Below, in pieces: positions 49,125-59,011 of a DNA stretch of 64,000 nt (its first letter is position 1; each line of letters starts with the position of its first letter). A program made the position numbers and the translations under genes. Under the pieces are notes generated by a model. It worked only from the letters and a program-made list of their open reading frames with translations. It made no database searches and had not been told where the DNA came from. Source of the stretch: a virus; the IMG/VR virus record IMGVR_UViG_3300020472_000019, positions 6,672 through 70,671 of that record; one strand, written 5' to 3'.

Positions 49125-50358
49125 TTTTAAAGAATTATTAGCAGAAGATAAAGGTGGTAAGAACTTACATCTTGAACATCTAGAAGATGAAATAATCAAC
49201 TATGGAGTTGAAGGTGGTAGAGCTGCATTAAATTTTCTACGTTCTCTTAGAGATATGCTTGCTGGTGGAAGTCGGTCTAGTGTTAATATGACAGTTAAAT
49301 GGGATGGTGCTCCAGCAATTTTTGCTGGTATAGACCCTTCTGATGGAAAATTCTTTGTTGCAAAGAAAAGTGTGTTCAACGTCACACCTAAATTATATAA
49401 AACTACAGGAGATATTGATGACGATTTATCTGGCACTCTTAATGCAAAATTTAAGATCGCTCTTAAAGAACTTTCAAAATTGGGGATTACAGGAGTCCTT
49501 CAAGGGGATCTTATGTTCACTGATGATATTGAAACCCAAACAATTGATGGAGAAAAGTACTATACTTTTCAGCCTAATACTATCGTGTATGCTACACCTG
49601 TTTCTAGCAATCTTGGTAGTATTTTAAAGAAGGCAAAAATAGGTGTAGTTTGGCATACAACATACACTGGTAAAGAGTTACAAAGTATGAAAGCATCTTT
49701 TGGTGCAAATATATCAAACCTTAAAAAACCATCTACTGTCTGGATGGATGATGCAACTTATAAAGATACTTCTGGTAAATCTACATTTACTTCTGCTGAA
49801 ACAGATGCAATTACTAAGATATTGTCTCAAGTTGGAAGCACATTTCACAAAATTAATGCACCAAAGTTAAAAAGTTTTCTTGCGTGGCAAAATTCTTTAA
49901 CTGGAAATTTATCTGGAGTATCACTTAAAACATATAATAATAGTAAGGTACGTGCTGGAGAACCTATTTCCAATCCTTCTGCTCATGCAAAAGGATATGA
50001 ACAATGGGTAATTGATTCAATTCAAAAACAAATTGATAAAGTTAAGTCTGATGCTGGTAAAAAGAAATACCAGAATATTCAAAAAGAATATGCTCGTGAA
50101 GCTAAAAAACATTCAAGAAATTTAGAATTTGTTATTAGATTTCAAAATTTACTGGTTGAAGCAAAGATGCAAATCATCAAAAAACTAAATAGTGTTAAGA
50201 GTATTGGAACTTTTGTGCGAACATCTAATGGATTTAAAGTTGTAAATCCAGAAGGTTATGTTGCTATTGATAGAGTGAGTGGTGGTGCTGTTAAACTAGT
50301 AGATCGTATGGAGTTCTCGTTTAACAATTTCACAGCTATAAAGGCATGGGATAAATGA
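49117..50358 (+). CDS. Conserved T4-like protein with ligase-like nucleotidyltransferase motifs (DUF6267-like)
   Basis: TVKWDG (motif I), LQGD (III), EGYV (IV) and VKLV (V); N-terminus MFSFKELLAE. Confidence 0.65.
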   Translation: MFSFKELLAEDKGGKNLHLEHLEDEIINYGVEGGRAALNFLRSLRDMLAGGSRSSVNMTVKWDGAPAIFAGIDPSDGKFFVAKKSVFNVTPKLYKTTGDIDDDLSGTLNAKFKIALKELSKLGITGVLQGDLMFTDDIETQTIDGEKYYTFQPNTIVYATPVSSNLGSILKKAKIGVVWHTTYTGKELQSMKASFGANISNLKKPSTVWMDDATYKDTSGKSTFTSAETDAITKILSQVGSTFHKINAPKLKSFLAWQNSLTGNLSGVSLKTYNNSKVRAGEPISNPSAHAKGYEQWVIDSIQKQIDKVKSDAGKKKYQNIQKEYAREAKKHSRNLEFVIRFQNLLVEAKMQIIKKLNSVKSIGTFVRTSNGFKVVNPEGYVAIDRVSGGAVKLVDRMEFSFNNFTAIKAWDK

Positions 50359-51971
50359 AAAAATTTAACGAATTAATAGAAGCCACAGGCAAACCAGCTG
50401 TTATTACTTTTGGTAGATTTAATCCACCCACTATTGGACACGAAAAAGTTATTGATGTTTTAGCTAAACATCACTCTAAACATTCTGGTTCTAAAATGTA
50501 TGTGTATCCTTCACATTCACAAGACCCTAAAAAGAATCCTCTACCCCATACAAAAAAAGTTGCATATATGCGAGCAATGTTTCCCAAATATAAAAGAAAC
50601 ATTGTTGCTGGCAAAGAACGTAATATTTTTGAAGTTGCTAATTCCCTCTATAAAAAAGGACACGATTCTGTAGTAATGGTCGTTGGTTCTGATAGAGTAC
50701 AGGAATTTGATAAACTTTTAAACACATATAATAATGTTAAAGGTAAACATGGATTTTATAATTTTAATAGTATTTCTATAGTATCTGCTGGAGAACGTGA
50801 TCCAGATTCAGAAGGTGTTTCTGGTATGTCAGCTTCCAAAATGAGAGCTGCAGCCGCAGATGGTGATAAAAAGTCTTTCATGACAGGCCTTCCTACAACA
50901 TTTAAAGATGGTGAAAAACTCTATCGTGATATTCGTTCACAAATGGGTATTCGTGAAGAACGTAATATGGGTGATATGACCGATTATGAAACTGTTCGTG
51001 ATATGTACCTTACAGGTAAGATTTGGAATGCTGGTGATATTATAGAGGCAAAAGGTGTTACTGGTGAAGTAGTTCGTAAAGGTACAAACTACCTTTCATT
51101 TGTTGATGAAGAAGGTAAAGTACATAAAGCTTGGTTACATGAAATTACACTTAATGAAAGAGATTATAAAAAGGAATATGCTAACTATCAAGGTAAGCCA
51201 GAACAGATTGCAAGACGATCCTCACGAAATAAGGCTCGTAGAATTATGGGAGATAAAGCTAAGGTGGGTATGGATGTAGGTCATAAAGACAACGATCCTA
51301 TGAATAATGATCCTAAGAATTTACGTAATGAAGATCCATCCAAGAATCGTAGAGAGCCACGATTGAGAGATAAGGAACTTGAAGAAGATTGGGGAGATAC
51401 TATTCCTTGGTTAAAAAAATTAAAAAATAAAATTTTTGATAAAACTCATAAAAAGAGTTTAGATAATCTTTCATTTGCGTATGCAAAAAAGGCAGCTAAG
51501 GAATATGAAAAAGATAAAAGAATGAATCCTATTCATATAGTTCATGATTTAGCTAGAATGTATACTAATGTATCTGATAGAGTTTTACGTGATCATATTA
51601 ATGGTTTGGTCAAGAAGGGGTTAATACCTCAAGAATTAAAAGCAGAATTTGAACCTTTAGATGAAAAGGGTAAACGTCCAAAATTAAGAGATTTTGATAG
51701 ATTTAGAGATTCCATAGGAAAAAAGAAGAAACCAATTTTTCAGAAGCAACCAAAAGAAAAGGGTAGAAAGTACGGCAAGAAAAAACGAGTTGTTTCTCCG
51801 TTTAAAGAATTTGTAGACCAATTACAGGTAAATGAAAAACTTAGTAAAGATGCTACTGCTGGTGATTATATAGATGATTTTGAGAAATCAGATGCACCAC
51901 AGTTTAAGGGTAAATCAAAGGATAAACGGAAGAAGATGGCTATTGCAGCTTTCTACGCTAATAAGAAATAG
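50355..51971 (+). CDS. Cytidylyltransferase-like (HxGH superfamily) protein with appended HNH-like and other modules
   Basis: FGRFNPPTIGH, VVGSDR and MSASKMR; later DVGHKDNDPMNN...NLR; C-terminal DFEKSDAPQFKGKS module. Confidence 0.85.
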   Translation: MKKFNELIEATGKPAVITFGRFNPPTIGHEKVIDVLAKHHSKHSGSKMYVYPSHSQDPKKNPLPHTKKVAYMRAMFPKYKRNIVAGKERNIFEVANSLYKKGHDSVVMVVGSDRVQEFDKLLNTYNNVKGKHGFYNFNSISIVSAGERDPDSEGVSGMSASKMRAAAADGDKKSFMTGLPTTFKDGEKLYRDIRSQMGIREERNMGDMTDYETVRDMYLTGKIWNAGDIIEAKGVTGEVVRKGTNYLSFVDEEGKVHKAWLHEITLNERDYKKEYANYQGKPEQIARRSSRNKARRIMGDKAKVGMDVGHKDNDPMNNDPKNLRNEDPSKNRREPRLRDKELEEDWGDTIPWLKKLKNKIFDKTHKKSLDNLSFAYAKKAAKEYEKDKRMNPIHIVHDLARMYTNVSDRVLRDHINGLVKKGLIPQELKAEFEPLDEKGKRPKLRDFDRFRDSIGKKKKPIFQKQPKEKGRKYGKKKRVVSPFKEFVDQLQVNEKLSKDATAGDYIDDFEKSDAPQFKGKSKDKRKKMAIAAFYANKK

Positions 51972-51972
51972 T

Positions 51973-51980
51973 TATAAATA
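51973..51980 (+). promoter_or_regulatory. Late promoter TATAAATA
   Basis: Exact consensus upstream of ORF 52002. Confidence 0.75.
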
Positions 51981-52001
51981 ATAACAAAGAAAGGTTAAAA
52001 A

Positions 52002-53831
52002 ATGACCATATATACAAAAACAATGTCAGAAGCATACCAAGAAGTAAACTTGCAAAAAGAAAAGAAATATATTCTTACGCCAGGAGGCTTCCCCCTTCTT
52101 TTAGAGGATAATATGGATTTAATGAAAAAAGCTGCTGGTGGTGCTATGCAGACGATTAAATTTAAAGATGGTAAACTGAAAGTAGATTCGTTTACTGCTT
52201 CTGCTATCATGGCTGTTTACAAAGCAGTTAATCCCAAGAATAAAAAATCTATTGAACAGATGGTCAATACTGGAACTAAAGCTCAGATGATGAAATTACA
52301 ATCTCTTGCAATGAAACAAATCAAGTCTGGTGATGAATTAGAACATGATGGAGAAGAACTTGATGAAGGATATTCCAAAAAAGAAATTAAGATGGCTATT
52401 GGAATTGCATCTGACCCAAGATATAAACAAGGAAATTATTCTGGTGCAGTAAAAGCGATTGAGAAAATTAAGAAAGGTTTATCACAAGAAAAACAAGTTG
52501 CAGCTGTTCTGAAAAAACAAAACGAAGAAGTTGAACTTGATGAAGAAGTAAGTGTAAAAGATTTTGATGCTTTAAAGAAGGGTGATACCATTACTGTTGA
52601 ATATAAATCTGCTATGTCATCTGGTAAAGGAACATTTACTGTAACAGCTAAAAATAAAGTTGCCAAGGGTAAAGTAGAAAAAGTTACATTGAAAAGTGTT
52701 AAAAATCCTGGCGGTGTAAAACATTTTCTGTATAAGAGAGATGATAAGGTAAGTTTTGCTCAAGGTGATATGGGAGCATCTGTAGTAGGTTTCAAAAAAG
52801 AAGAAGTTGAACTTGAAGAAGGTAGGATGAAAGAACTTCAAGGTTATATTGATGATAAGAAATCTCCAGAATGGATCTCAAAGAAAATGAAAATAGATGT
52901 TAAAACTATTAAATCACTTATGGGAGAGGATATAACTGTTACAGGAGCCACTAAAGGTGGAGAGATTACAGAAAAAGATATAAAATATGTGGAAAAGGAA
53001 TTGCATCGTCTAGGAATAACGGATGCAAGGGTATCTCAAAATGAGATGGATTTTTCTAAAATCAATATAGAAACAAAACGTAGTGATAAAGACGTTAAGA
53101 AAGCTTTTGACCGTTCAAAAATGACTGTTACTTATGTTGATGAAAAACGAGATATAGACCCTGCTGATATAGATCATGATGCTACGGATGATGATGTTAA
53201 GTCTGCTGATAAGAATATCATTATGCAAATGAGAAAAGTTGTTTCTCTAAGAGGTAACTTTAAAGTAGAATTTCGTGATGGAAAGAAACAGAAAATTGAT
53301 CCAAAGATTGCAATGGCTGTTCAAGATAAGTTTCAAAAGTTAAGAAAACCAGATGATAAAGAAAAGTTTATGAAAAAGGCAGCTGCTTCTTATAAAGAAA
53401 TGTTATCTGCATTAAAAGAAAGTCTTGAAGAAGAGCAGAAACAGAGAATGGGTGCTGATGGTATTCCTTGCCGAAAAACTTGTTGGACACAAGGTGGTAA
53501 GAAACCAAAAGGTATAAAAGAAGGAACATGGGCTCTACCAGACACACCAAAACTAAAGGCTGGTCTTAAAAAGTTAATGCAAAAACCAATTCCACTTGGT
53601 AAGGATGGTGATTCTGCTACAGATGCAATTGGTAAATACATTGGTGACGATGGTTTATATGATGCATTGTATGATGCTGGTAAAAAGGATGGGCCAAAAG
53701 CTGATGCTCGTCCAGTTATTCGTGGGTGGATGGATAGAGAATTTGTAGATTCTTGGAAAAAATATAGAATAGAATCAAGAACAATTTTGGATAGAATTGA
53801 TAACAAAATACAGGCAAGGAAAAATGGGTAA
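52002..53831 (+). CDS. Large modular Lys/Glu-rich putative internal head protein
   Basis: Short modules separated by ELDE/ELEE/LKE/IKE linkers; under a late promoter. Confidence 0.65.
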   Translation: MTIYTKTMSEAYQEVNLQKEKKYILTPGGFPLLLEDNMDLMKKAAGGAMQTIKFKDGKLKVDSFTASAIMAVYKAVNPKNKKSIEQMVNTGTKAQMMKLQSLAMKQIKSGDELEHDGEELDEGYSKKEIKMAIGIASDPRYKQGNYSGAVKAIEKIKKGLSQEKQVAAVLKKQNEEVELDEEVSVKDFDALKKGDTITVEYKSAMSSGKGTFTVTAKNKVAKGKVEKVTLKSVKNPGGVKHFLYKRDDKVSFAQGDMGASVVGFKKEEVELEEGRMKELQGYIDDKKSPEWISKKMKIDVKTIKSLMGEDITVTGATKGGEITEKDIKYVEKELHRLGITDARVSQNEMDFSKINIETKRSDKDVKKAFDRSKMTVTYVDEKRDIDPADIDHDATDDDVKSADKNIIMQMRKVVSLRGNFKVEFRDGKKQKIDPKIAMAVQDKFQKLRKPDDKEKFMKKAAASYKEMLSALKESLEEEQKQRMGADGIPCRKTCWTQGGKKPKGIKEGTWALPDTPKLKAGLKKLMQKPIPLGKDGDSATDAIGKYIGDDGLYDALYDAGKKDGPKADARPVIRGWMDREFVDSWKKYRIESRTILDRIDNKIQARKNG

Positions 53832-55443
53832 AAAATACCTTGAAACTAAAAAGGGTTCTATAGAAGAACAAGTATCGTTACTGGAGTATTATGATCCACA
53901 GTATGAAGGTATGACGGTAGCAGAAGTTGCAGCTCTTGATGAGGATGCCTTAGGTGTTAATATTGCCCAAGGATTAATGAAACACGCTAAAAAGGGTGGT
54001 TTTAAAATTGGTGGCAAAGCTTGGAATAGTTCTGCAATGCTTGGTATCAGAAAGAAAATAGGAACATCAGCATCAAAAGCACGAGCAGTTAAAACAGATT
54101 TAGAAAAACAAAAAACTAAAACTAAAGCACAGGCAGCTGCAAATGCAGATAAGGCAGAATTAGATGCACGTAAAAAAGCAAAAAAAGATGGAAAATCACC
54201 AGAAGAAATTGATGCAGCTGGAGCAGATGGTAGAAAAGAACACGATAAAGAAATAAAAAAGACTTTATCTAAAGGTAAAGATAAAGATGATAAAGAAACC
54301 GATACTAAAGAACCAGAAGATAAAGATAAAGGAAGTGATGACACTGCTGCTCAGGCTACTAGTACAGATGCTGATGCATCAAAGTCTGACCAAGATAAAG
54401 AAACTGGTGATTCAGAAGGTGGAACTGCTCATACCAGTGGTGACACAGGTGCAGCTGCTTTAGGTAGTAAAGAGAAAGAAAATCCATTAGCTGGTGATGG
54501 AGATAAAGAAAAAACTGCTACACCAGAACCAGAAAAGAGTGGTTCTGAAAAACCAAAAGAGCCTGAGAAAACAGGTGATAAACAACCAGAACCAACTAAA
54601 CCAAAAGGCAAACATGGTGGTTCACGAAAAGGTTCTGGTAGAAAAGGTGGAGGAAAAAATCAGCCTAAGCCTGGTTCTCCAGCTAAACCAGATAAACCAA
54701 CACCACCAAAACCAAAGACTGAGGGAGTACTAAAAATGACTAGTCAAAGAATGCCTGATATGAGAGAAGCTCTCAAACAGGTTAGAGAAACAGAAACGAA
54801 AACACATATCGTGGAAGTTCATGAAATCGGTACAGATGAGTATCGTGAATATACTGAAAAGGTAACGCCTGGACAGAAAACAGAAAAACTTTCTGCAAAA
54901 CAAAAGAAAATTGATGTAGATGGTGATGGAGAGATTGAAGGTTCTGACCTTGCAAAACTACGCAAGAAGAAAACTGAATCTCAAAAATCTTCTGTTCGTG
55001 AAATGTGGGCTCAAGCTTATAAAGAAGTTCTAGAGCATAAAGGTAATAAACCACACAAACATCCACACGAACCTGTAGAAGAAGATGATGAACTTGATGA
55101 AGGATATATTGAACTAACATTTAAAGATAAACAAACTGCTGAACAGGCATATAACTATATCAACAATGAGATTTGGGCTGGTGGTAATCCTCCTTATGAT
55201 GATATTGCTCAAGAAGGAAATGAAATTCAGATTGATACGGATGGTAATTTAAATCGCCGTAATCAGATGCTTAAAGATTTAAAAGCTTTACCAAGAAATA
55301 TGAAATTTAAGGTTTCTGCTAATGAAGAAACTGAAAAAGATGAAAAAGAGGATAAAAAATTAACTATGACAGGTAAGAAAAAAGATTCTGTTGAAATTAA
55401 TCCTAACATCAAAATGGAAAAGAAAAAACAAAAAAATTGGTAA
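53824..55443 (+). CDS. Large low-complexity modular putative internal head protein
   Basis: K/D/E/P-rich central region; EIGTDEY...TPGQ module; EF-hand-like DVDGDGEIEGSD; ELDE linker. Confidence 0.6.
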   Translation: MGKKYLETKKGSIEEQVSLLEYYDPQYEGMTVAEVAALDEDALGVNIAQGLMKHAKKGGFKIGGKAWNSSAMLGIRKKIGTSASKARAVKTDLEKQKTKTKAQAAANADKAELDARKKAKKDGKSPEEIDAAGADGRKEHDKEIKKTLSKGKDKDDKETDTKEPEDKDKGSDDTAAQATSTDADASKSDQDKETGDSEGGTAHTSGDTGAAALGSKEKENPLAGDGDKEKTATPEPEKSGSEKPKEPEKTGDKQPEPTKPKGKHGGSRKGSGRKGGGKNQPKPGSPAKPDKPTPPKPKTEGVLKMTSQRMPDMREALKQVRETETKTHIVEVHEIGTDEYREYTEKVTPGQKTEKLSAKQKKIDVDGDGEIEGSDLAKLRKKKTESQKSSVREMWAQAYKEVLEHKGNKPHKHPHEPVEEDDELDEGYIELTFKDKQTAEQAYNYINNEIWAGGNPPYDDIAQEGNEIQIDTDGNLNRRNQMLKDLKALPRNMKFKVSANEETEKDEKEDKKLTMTGKKKDSVEINPNIKMEKKKQKNW

Positions 55444-55447
55444 TTAA

Positions 55448-55966
55448 ATGAAATCTTTTAGTTTGTTTGTAGAAGCTCCCTCTGGTCTGCCTGACATTTA
55501 TTGTGATATGGATCAGGTACTTGTTGCATTATTAAAAGGTGCAGACAAGGTTGTATCTGGCGGCTCATTTATTCATGCTGATAAAGAAGAAAGATGGAAG
55601 GCCATTAATCAAACTAAAAACTTTTGGGCTAATTTGGATTGGATGCCAAATGCAAAAAGGTTATATGATTTCATTATACGTTATGAACCACATATTTTAT
55701 CTGCTTATACTACTAAAGATCCAAATTCTAAAACAGGTAAGATGAAATGGTTAAAAAAGCATACGAAGTTTAAAAGATCAAAAATACATTTAGTATTACG
55801 TTCTCAAAAACAAGCGTATGCAAAAAATAGAGATGGTCAACCTAATGTTTTAATTGATGATCATCAAAAAAATATTATGGAATGGGAAGCAAAAGGTGGA
55901 ATTGGTATACATCATACCAATGTCGGTAAATCTATTGCAAAATTAAAAAAGTTAGGTTTCAAATAA
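55448..55966 (+). CDS. HAD-superfamily 5'(3')-nucleotidase-like phosphatase
   Basis: IYCDMDQVL, ILS, K..W, VLIDD...N and W...GGIGI motifs. Confidence 0.85.
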   Translation: MKSFSLFVEAPSGLPDIYCDMDQVLVALLKGADKVVSGGSFIHADKEERWKAINQTKNFWANLDWMPNAKRLYDFIIRYEPHILSAYTTKDPNSKTGKMKWLKKHTKFKRSKIHLVLRSQKQAYAKNRDGQPNVLIDDHQKNIMEWEAKGGIGIHHTNVGKSIAKLKKLGFK

Positions 55967-56009
55967 TAATAAATAGAAAGAAACATTCTTTAATTAAAGG
56001 AGAGAAAAT

Positions 56010-57254
56010 ATGTCCTCATGGTCAATGTCTGATGGAACTACACTGACTCAGAATATTACCACAAACGGAACGACAGCATTGACTGCTGCTGGTGCATTGT
56101 TTACCACAGCAGGAAATTCAAGAGAAATTGATATTGGGGATGTTGTCGTAACAAATGGTGGAGAAAGTGTTAGAGTTCTTAGAATAACAAATTCAACAAC
56201 TGCTGTATTAACGGTAGCCGCAGCTGGATCGGAATCTGGTGTTGCTGGAACGGTTAGGAAACCCCCTACGAATGGTATGGTTGATTTGCCTGATTCAGAA
56301 GTTTATGGTATTGCTGTTGGTGAAGCAAAAGCTGGTGTAGATAACATCACTTCTATTGCTGTAAATTTTGCTGGTTCTGGTTATAAAGGTTCAGCTCCAG
56401 CTGTAACTGTTCCAGTGCCAACTGTTCATACAATTGCAATGGCTAATGTAACTCATGCATCTGATTCAATTACGATTACTAATCATAAAATGAGAACTGG
56501 TACAGAATTAAAATATCAAGACGGTGGTGGTGCTGTAATTACCAATCTTGTTGATAATACCTCTTATTTTGTAATCAGAATTGATGAAGATACTATTAAA
56601 CTTGCAGCTAATTTGGCTCATGCAAATGCTGGTACAGTGAAAGCTATAGCTGGAACTGGTAACAATGCACAGACCCTTGAAGGTATTCAAGGTGTTGCAG
56701 CTGCAACAATTTCTGGTGGTATTATCACTGCTGTAACCGTATCCAATGTTGGTTCTGATTATCAAACTGTTCCTGCTATTACGATCGCAGCTCCTGCTGA
56801 ACAAACATTTAATGCAGCTTCTGCTGTTACTGGTGCCGCTATAGCGATTACAGCTCATCCTTATCTTACAGGTGATAAAGTCACTTATTCTGATAAAGGT
56901 GGTACTAAGATTGCAGAACTTACTGATGGTGGAACTTACTATACAGTCAAAGTTGATGCAAATACAGTAAATCTTGCAACTACTGAAGCAAATGCTGTTG
57001 CTGGAACTGTTCTTACATTAACTGATGGCCCTTCTGAAAATCATAGTTTAACTGGTGAAACTGCAACAGCTGTTGCTAATCTTGGTTTGGGTGACAGTGG
57101 AAATGTAACCTCTTCTGAAATTGCTCACGTTGGTTGGGTTAAGAGAACTGTAGGTACAGGAGGCCGTGCTGGTCGTGTACATTACGAAACTCTTGTTGCT
57201 GCTTCCAGTATTAGTGGTGATCACGAAGATATTGCAACACCAGAAGACGCCTAA
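56010..57254 (+). CDS. Virion structural / decoration protein with internal repeats
   Basis: Ala/Thr/Gly-rich; two H...TG..V.Y...GG..I..L.D...Y repeats; C-terminal H.GWV...GGRAGRV.YETLVA. Confidence 0.7.
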   Translation: MSSWSMSDGTTLTQNITTNGTTALTAAGALFTTAGNSREIDIGDVVVTNGGESVRVLRITNSTTAVLTVAAAGSESGVAGTVRKPPTNGMVDLPDSEVYGIAVGEAKAGVDNITSIAVNFAGSGYKGSAPAVTVPVPTVHTIAMANVTHASDSITITNHKMRTGTELKYQDGGGAVITNLVDNTSYFVIRIDEDTIKLAANLAHANAGTVKAIAGTGNNAQTLEGIQGVAAATISGGIITAVTVSNVGSDYQTVPAITIAAPAEQTFNAASAVTGAAIAITAHPYLTGDKVTYSDKGGTKIAELTDGGTYYTVKVDANTVNLATTEANAVAGTVLTLTDGPSENHSLTGETATAVANLGLGDSGNVTSSEIAHVGWVKRTVGTGGRAGRVHYETLVAASSISGDHEDIATPEDA

Positions 57255-57261
57255 AAACTAA

Positions 57262-57269
57262 TATAAATA
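57262..57269 (+). promoter_or_regulatory. Late promoter TATAAATA
   Basis: Exact consensus in the intergenic gap. Confidence 0.7.
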
Positions 57270-57303
57270 TAATTAATATATACTACTATTTGAGGTGATA
57301 AGT

Positions 57304-57552
57304 ATGTCTTTAGACAAAGAAATTATTGAAGAACGAAAACAACAACTAGTGGATGATTTTAAAAATTGTCAAGAAAAAGTTATTCAACTAGAAAAAGCTT
57401 TGGAAGAAAACCGTAATTTAATTCATGCATTGAGTGGAGCAATTCAACAATGTGATGATTTTCTTACAAAGATTGGTGTCGGTAATAATGCCGACAGTAG
57501 CATCCCCTCCAAAAAGGAAGAGGGTTTAAAAAAGGAGAAAATAAATGGCTGA
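57304..57552 (+). CDS. Hypothetical coiled-coil protein
   Basis: GAGG RBS; heptad pattern ending in GAIQQCD. Confidence 0.6.
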   Translation: MSLDKEIIEERKQQLVDDFKNCQEKVIQLEKALEENRNLIHALSGAIQQCDDFLTKIGVGNNADSSIPSKKEEGLKKEKING

Positions 57553-57997
57553 TAAGAAAATTACAGCTTTAACGGACTTAGGTACAGCGATTGCTGATGC
57601 AGATTTGCTTCACGTTATTGATGATCCAGCAGGAACACCAGTTAACAAGAAAGTTTCTGTAGCTAATTTCATGAACAATATGCCTACTTGGTTGGCATTT
57701 GATTCAACACCACAAGCTTTGAGTGGTGCTGGAGCAATTAATTTGACCACTGCTGTTACAGCTTGGACTACTACTGGTGCTCAGGCAGGAAGTTTGGCTG
57801 ACGGAGCTCAAGGACAAATTAAAATTATCTCTCTGGTTGCTGATGGTGGAGATGGTACTCTTACCCCAACAACTAGAAATGGTTATGCAACTATCACTTT
57901 TGCTGATGCAGGCGATACCGTCACTCTTATGTGGATGACTCAAGGTTGGACTGTTATTGGTCAAGGTGGACTAGCTGGCGGGCCTACTGTTGCCTAA
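57545..57997 (+). CDS. Putative virion structural protein
   Basis: MADKKITAL...DLLHVID...NKKV fibre-like N-terminus; LADG.QGQIK motif. Confidence 0.65.
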   Translation: MADKKITALTDLGTAIADADLLHVIDDPAGTPVNKKVSVANFMNNMPTWLAFDSTPQALSGAGAINLTTAVTAWTTTGAQAGSLADGAQGQIKIISLVADGGDGTLTPTTRNGYATITFADAGDTVTLMWMTQGWTVIGQGGLAGGPTVA

Positions 57998-58012
57998 TAG
58001 TTGAAACTATAT

Positions 58013-58056
58013 AATGGGGAGCAGACGAGAGTTGACTGACTTGCTCCCCATTTTTT
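58013..58056 (+). terminator. Rho-independent terminator or attenuator hairpin
   Basis: AATGGGGAGCA / TGCTCCCCATT stem followed by a T run. Confidence 0.75.
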
Positions 58057-58068
58057 AGGAGTTTAAAA

Positions 58069-58227
58069 ATGGCTAGAGATAGCGGTATTAAAGTTGGTGC
58101 TGGCGGACGTAGTATGTTACAAGAAATTGTAGAAGAGCCTAAACCAGAACCAAAAAAGAAAAAAGAAACAAAAAAGGCTCAAGTTTTAGAAGAACGAGTG
58201 TATTCTGAGTCTGGAGATGACAAATGA
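58069..58227 (+). CDS. Small hypothetical protein (52 aa), not in the ORF track
   Basis: AGGAG RBS; MARDSGIKVGAGGRSMLQEIVEE...; ATGA overlap with the next gene. Confidence 0.65.
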   Translation: MARDSGIKVGAGGRSMLQEIVEEPKPEPKKKKETKKAQVLEERVYSESGDDK

Positions 58228-58649
58228 AAAATTTCAAAAGTTTTTTGAAAGAGCATCCTAGTTGGGATCATCCAGAAAATCCAGTTGGAAAGGATATTAC
58301 CGATCCAGTGATTGTTGCTAAAATCAATGCATTAATGAGTGCTTGTACTGATGGTATTCATAAAGACATTGGTGAAGGTGCTGTAAGACAAATACGGTCA
58401 TCATTAGCTAAAATGGGTTTGACTTTTGGAGAAGTTTCTCCAATGCTAGGAGAAGATGGTAAACAAATTTTACCTCTAACTCTTTATGGAGGTCGTTTCG
58501 GAAAAGATACGGACACTCCACATGATCAGTTTATGGAAGATGATGGTTTATCAAATAAGGTAGAAGGTGGTTTAAATCTTTGTTTATATTATGGTACTGA
58601 TGATACAAATACCTTTAGTATGTCAGCCGAGATTAAATCTGGCAGCTAA
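58224..58649 (+). CDS. Hypothetical putative head protein
   Basis: N-terminus MKNFKSFLKE; YGGRFGK motif. Confidence 0.6.
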   Translation: MKNFKSFLKEHPSWDHPENPVGKDITDPVIVAKINALMSACTDGIHKDIGEGAVRQIRSSLAKMGLTFGEVSPMLGEDGKQILPLTLYGGRFGKDTDTPHDQFMEDDGLSNKVEGGLNLCLYYGTDDTNTFSMSAEIKSGS

Positions 58650-59011
58650 TGTATGAAAAAATAACTAATGCAAACGTAATGATGTTTGCTGTGAGGCACT
58701 ACGATAATCCTCAATGTGAGGGTGAAAAAGAGTTTCACGATGATATGAAGAGGTTTAAATATATTAAACGTCTTTTAAGAAAATATAATGACCAAGGTAT
58801 CTTAAAAGAACGATTAATTTTAAACCATATAATAATTCTTAATAATGTTTTCGGCCCAGATGCTTGTGCCACACTTTTGTTATTTAAAATACAAAAAGAA
58901 TACTGGAGTGTATTAAAATCTTTTTTGTTATATCTAAATATTTTAAGAGAGGATGAATTAATTGAAATAGAAACTAACGAAGAAGTATTCAAAGTATTAA
59001 GGAAACTGTAA
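58649..59011 (+). CDS. Conserved T4-like hypothetical protein
   Basis: YDNPQC, EF.DDMKRFKYIKRL and RLILNHIIIL.NVFG motifs. Confidence 0.75.
   Translation: MYEKITNANVMMFAVRHYDNPQCEGEKEFHDDMKRFKYIKRLLRKYNDQGILKERLILNHIIILNNVFGPDACATLLLFKIQKEYWSVLKSFLLYLNILREDELIEIETNEEVFKVLRKL

Noticed and set aside
52300-55110. Recurring GAAGAAGTTGAACTTGATGAAG-like DNA repeats as a CRISPR or tandem array
   Set aside because: Irregular spacing, in frame and degenerate at third positions. They encode the ELDE linkers.
58013-58056. Similarity of GAGCAGAC here to the 14203 element as a repeat family
   Set aside because: Only 8 nt are shared, and this site is adequately explained as a terminator hairpin.
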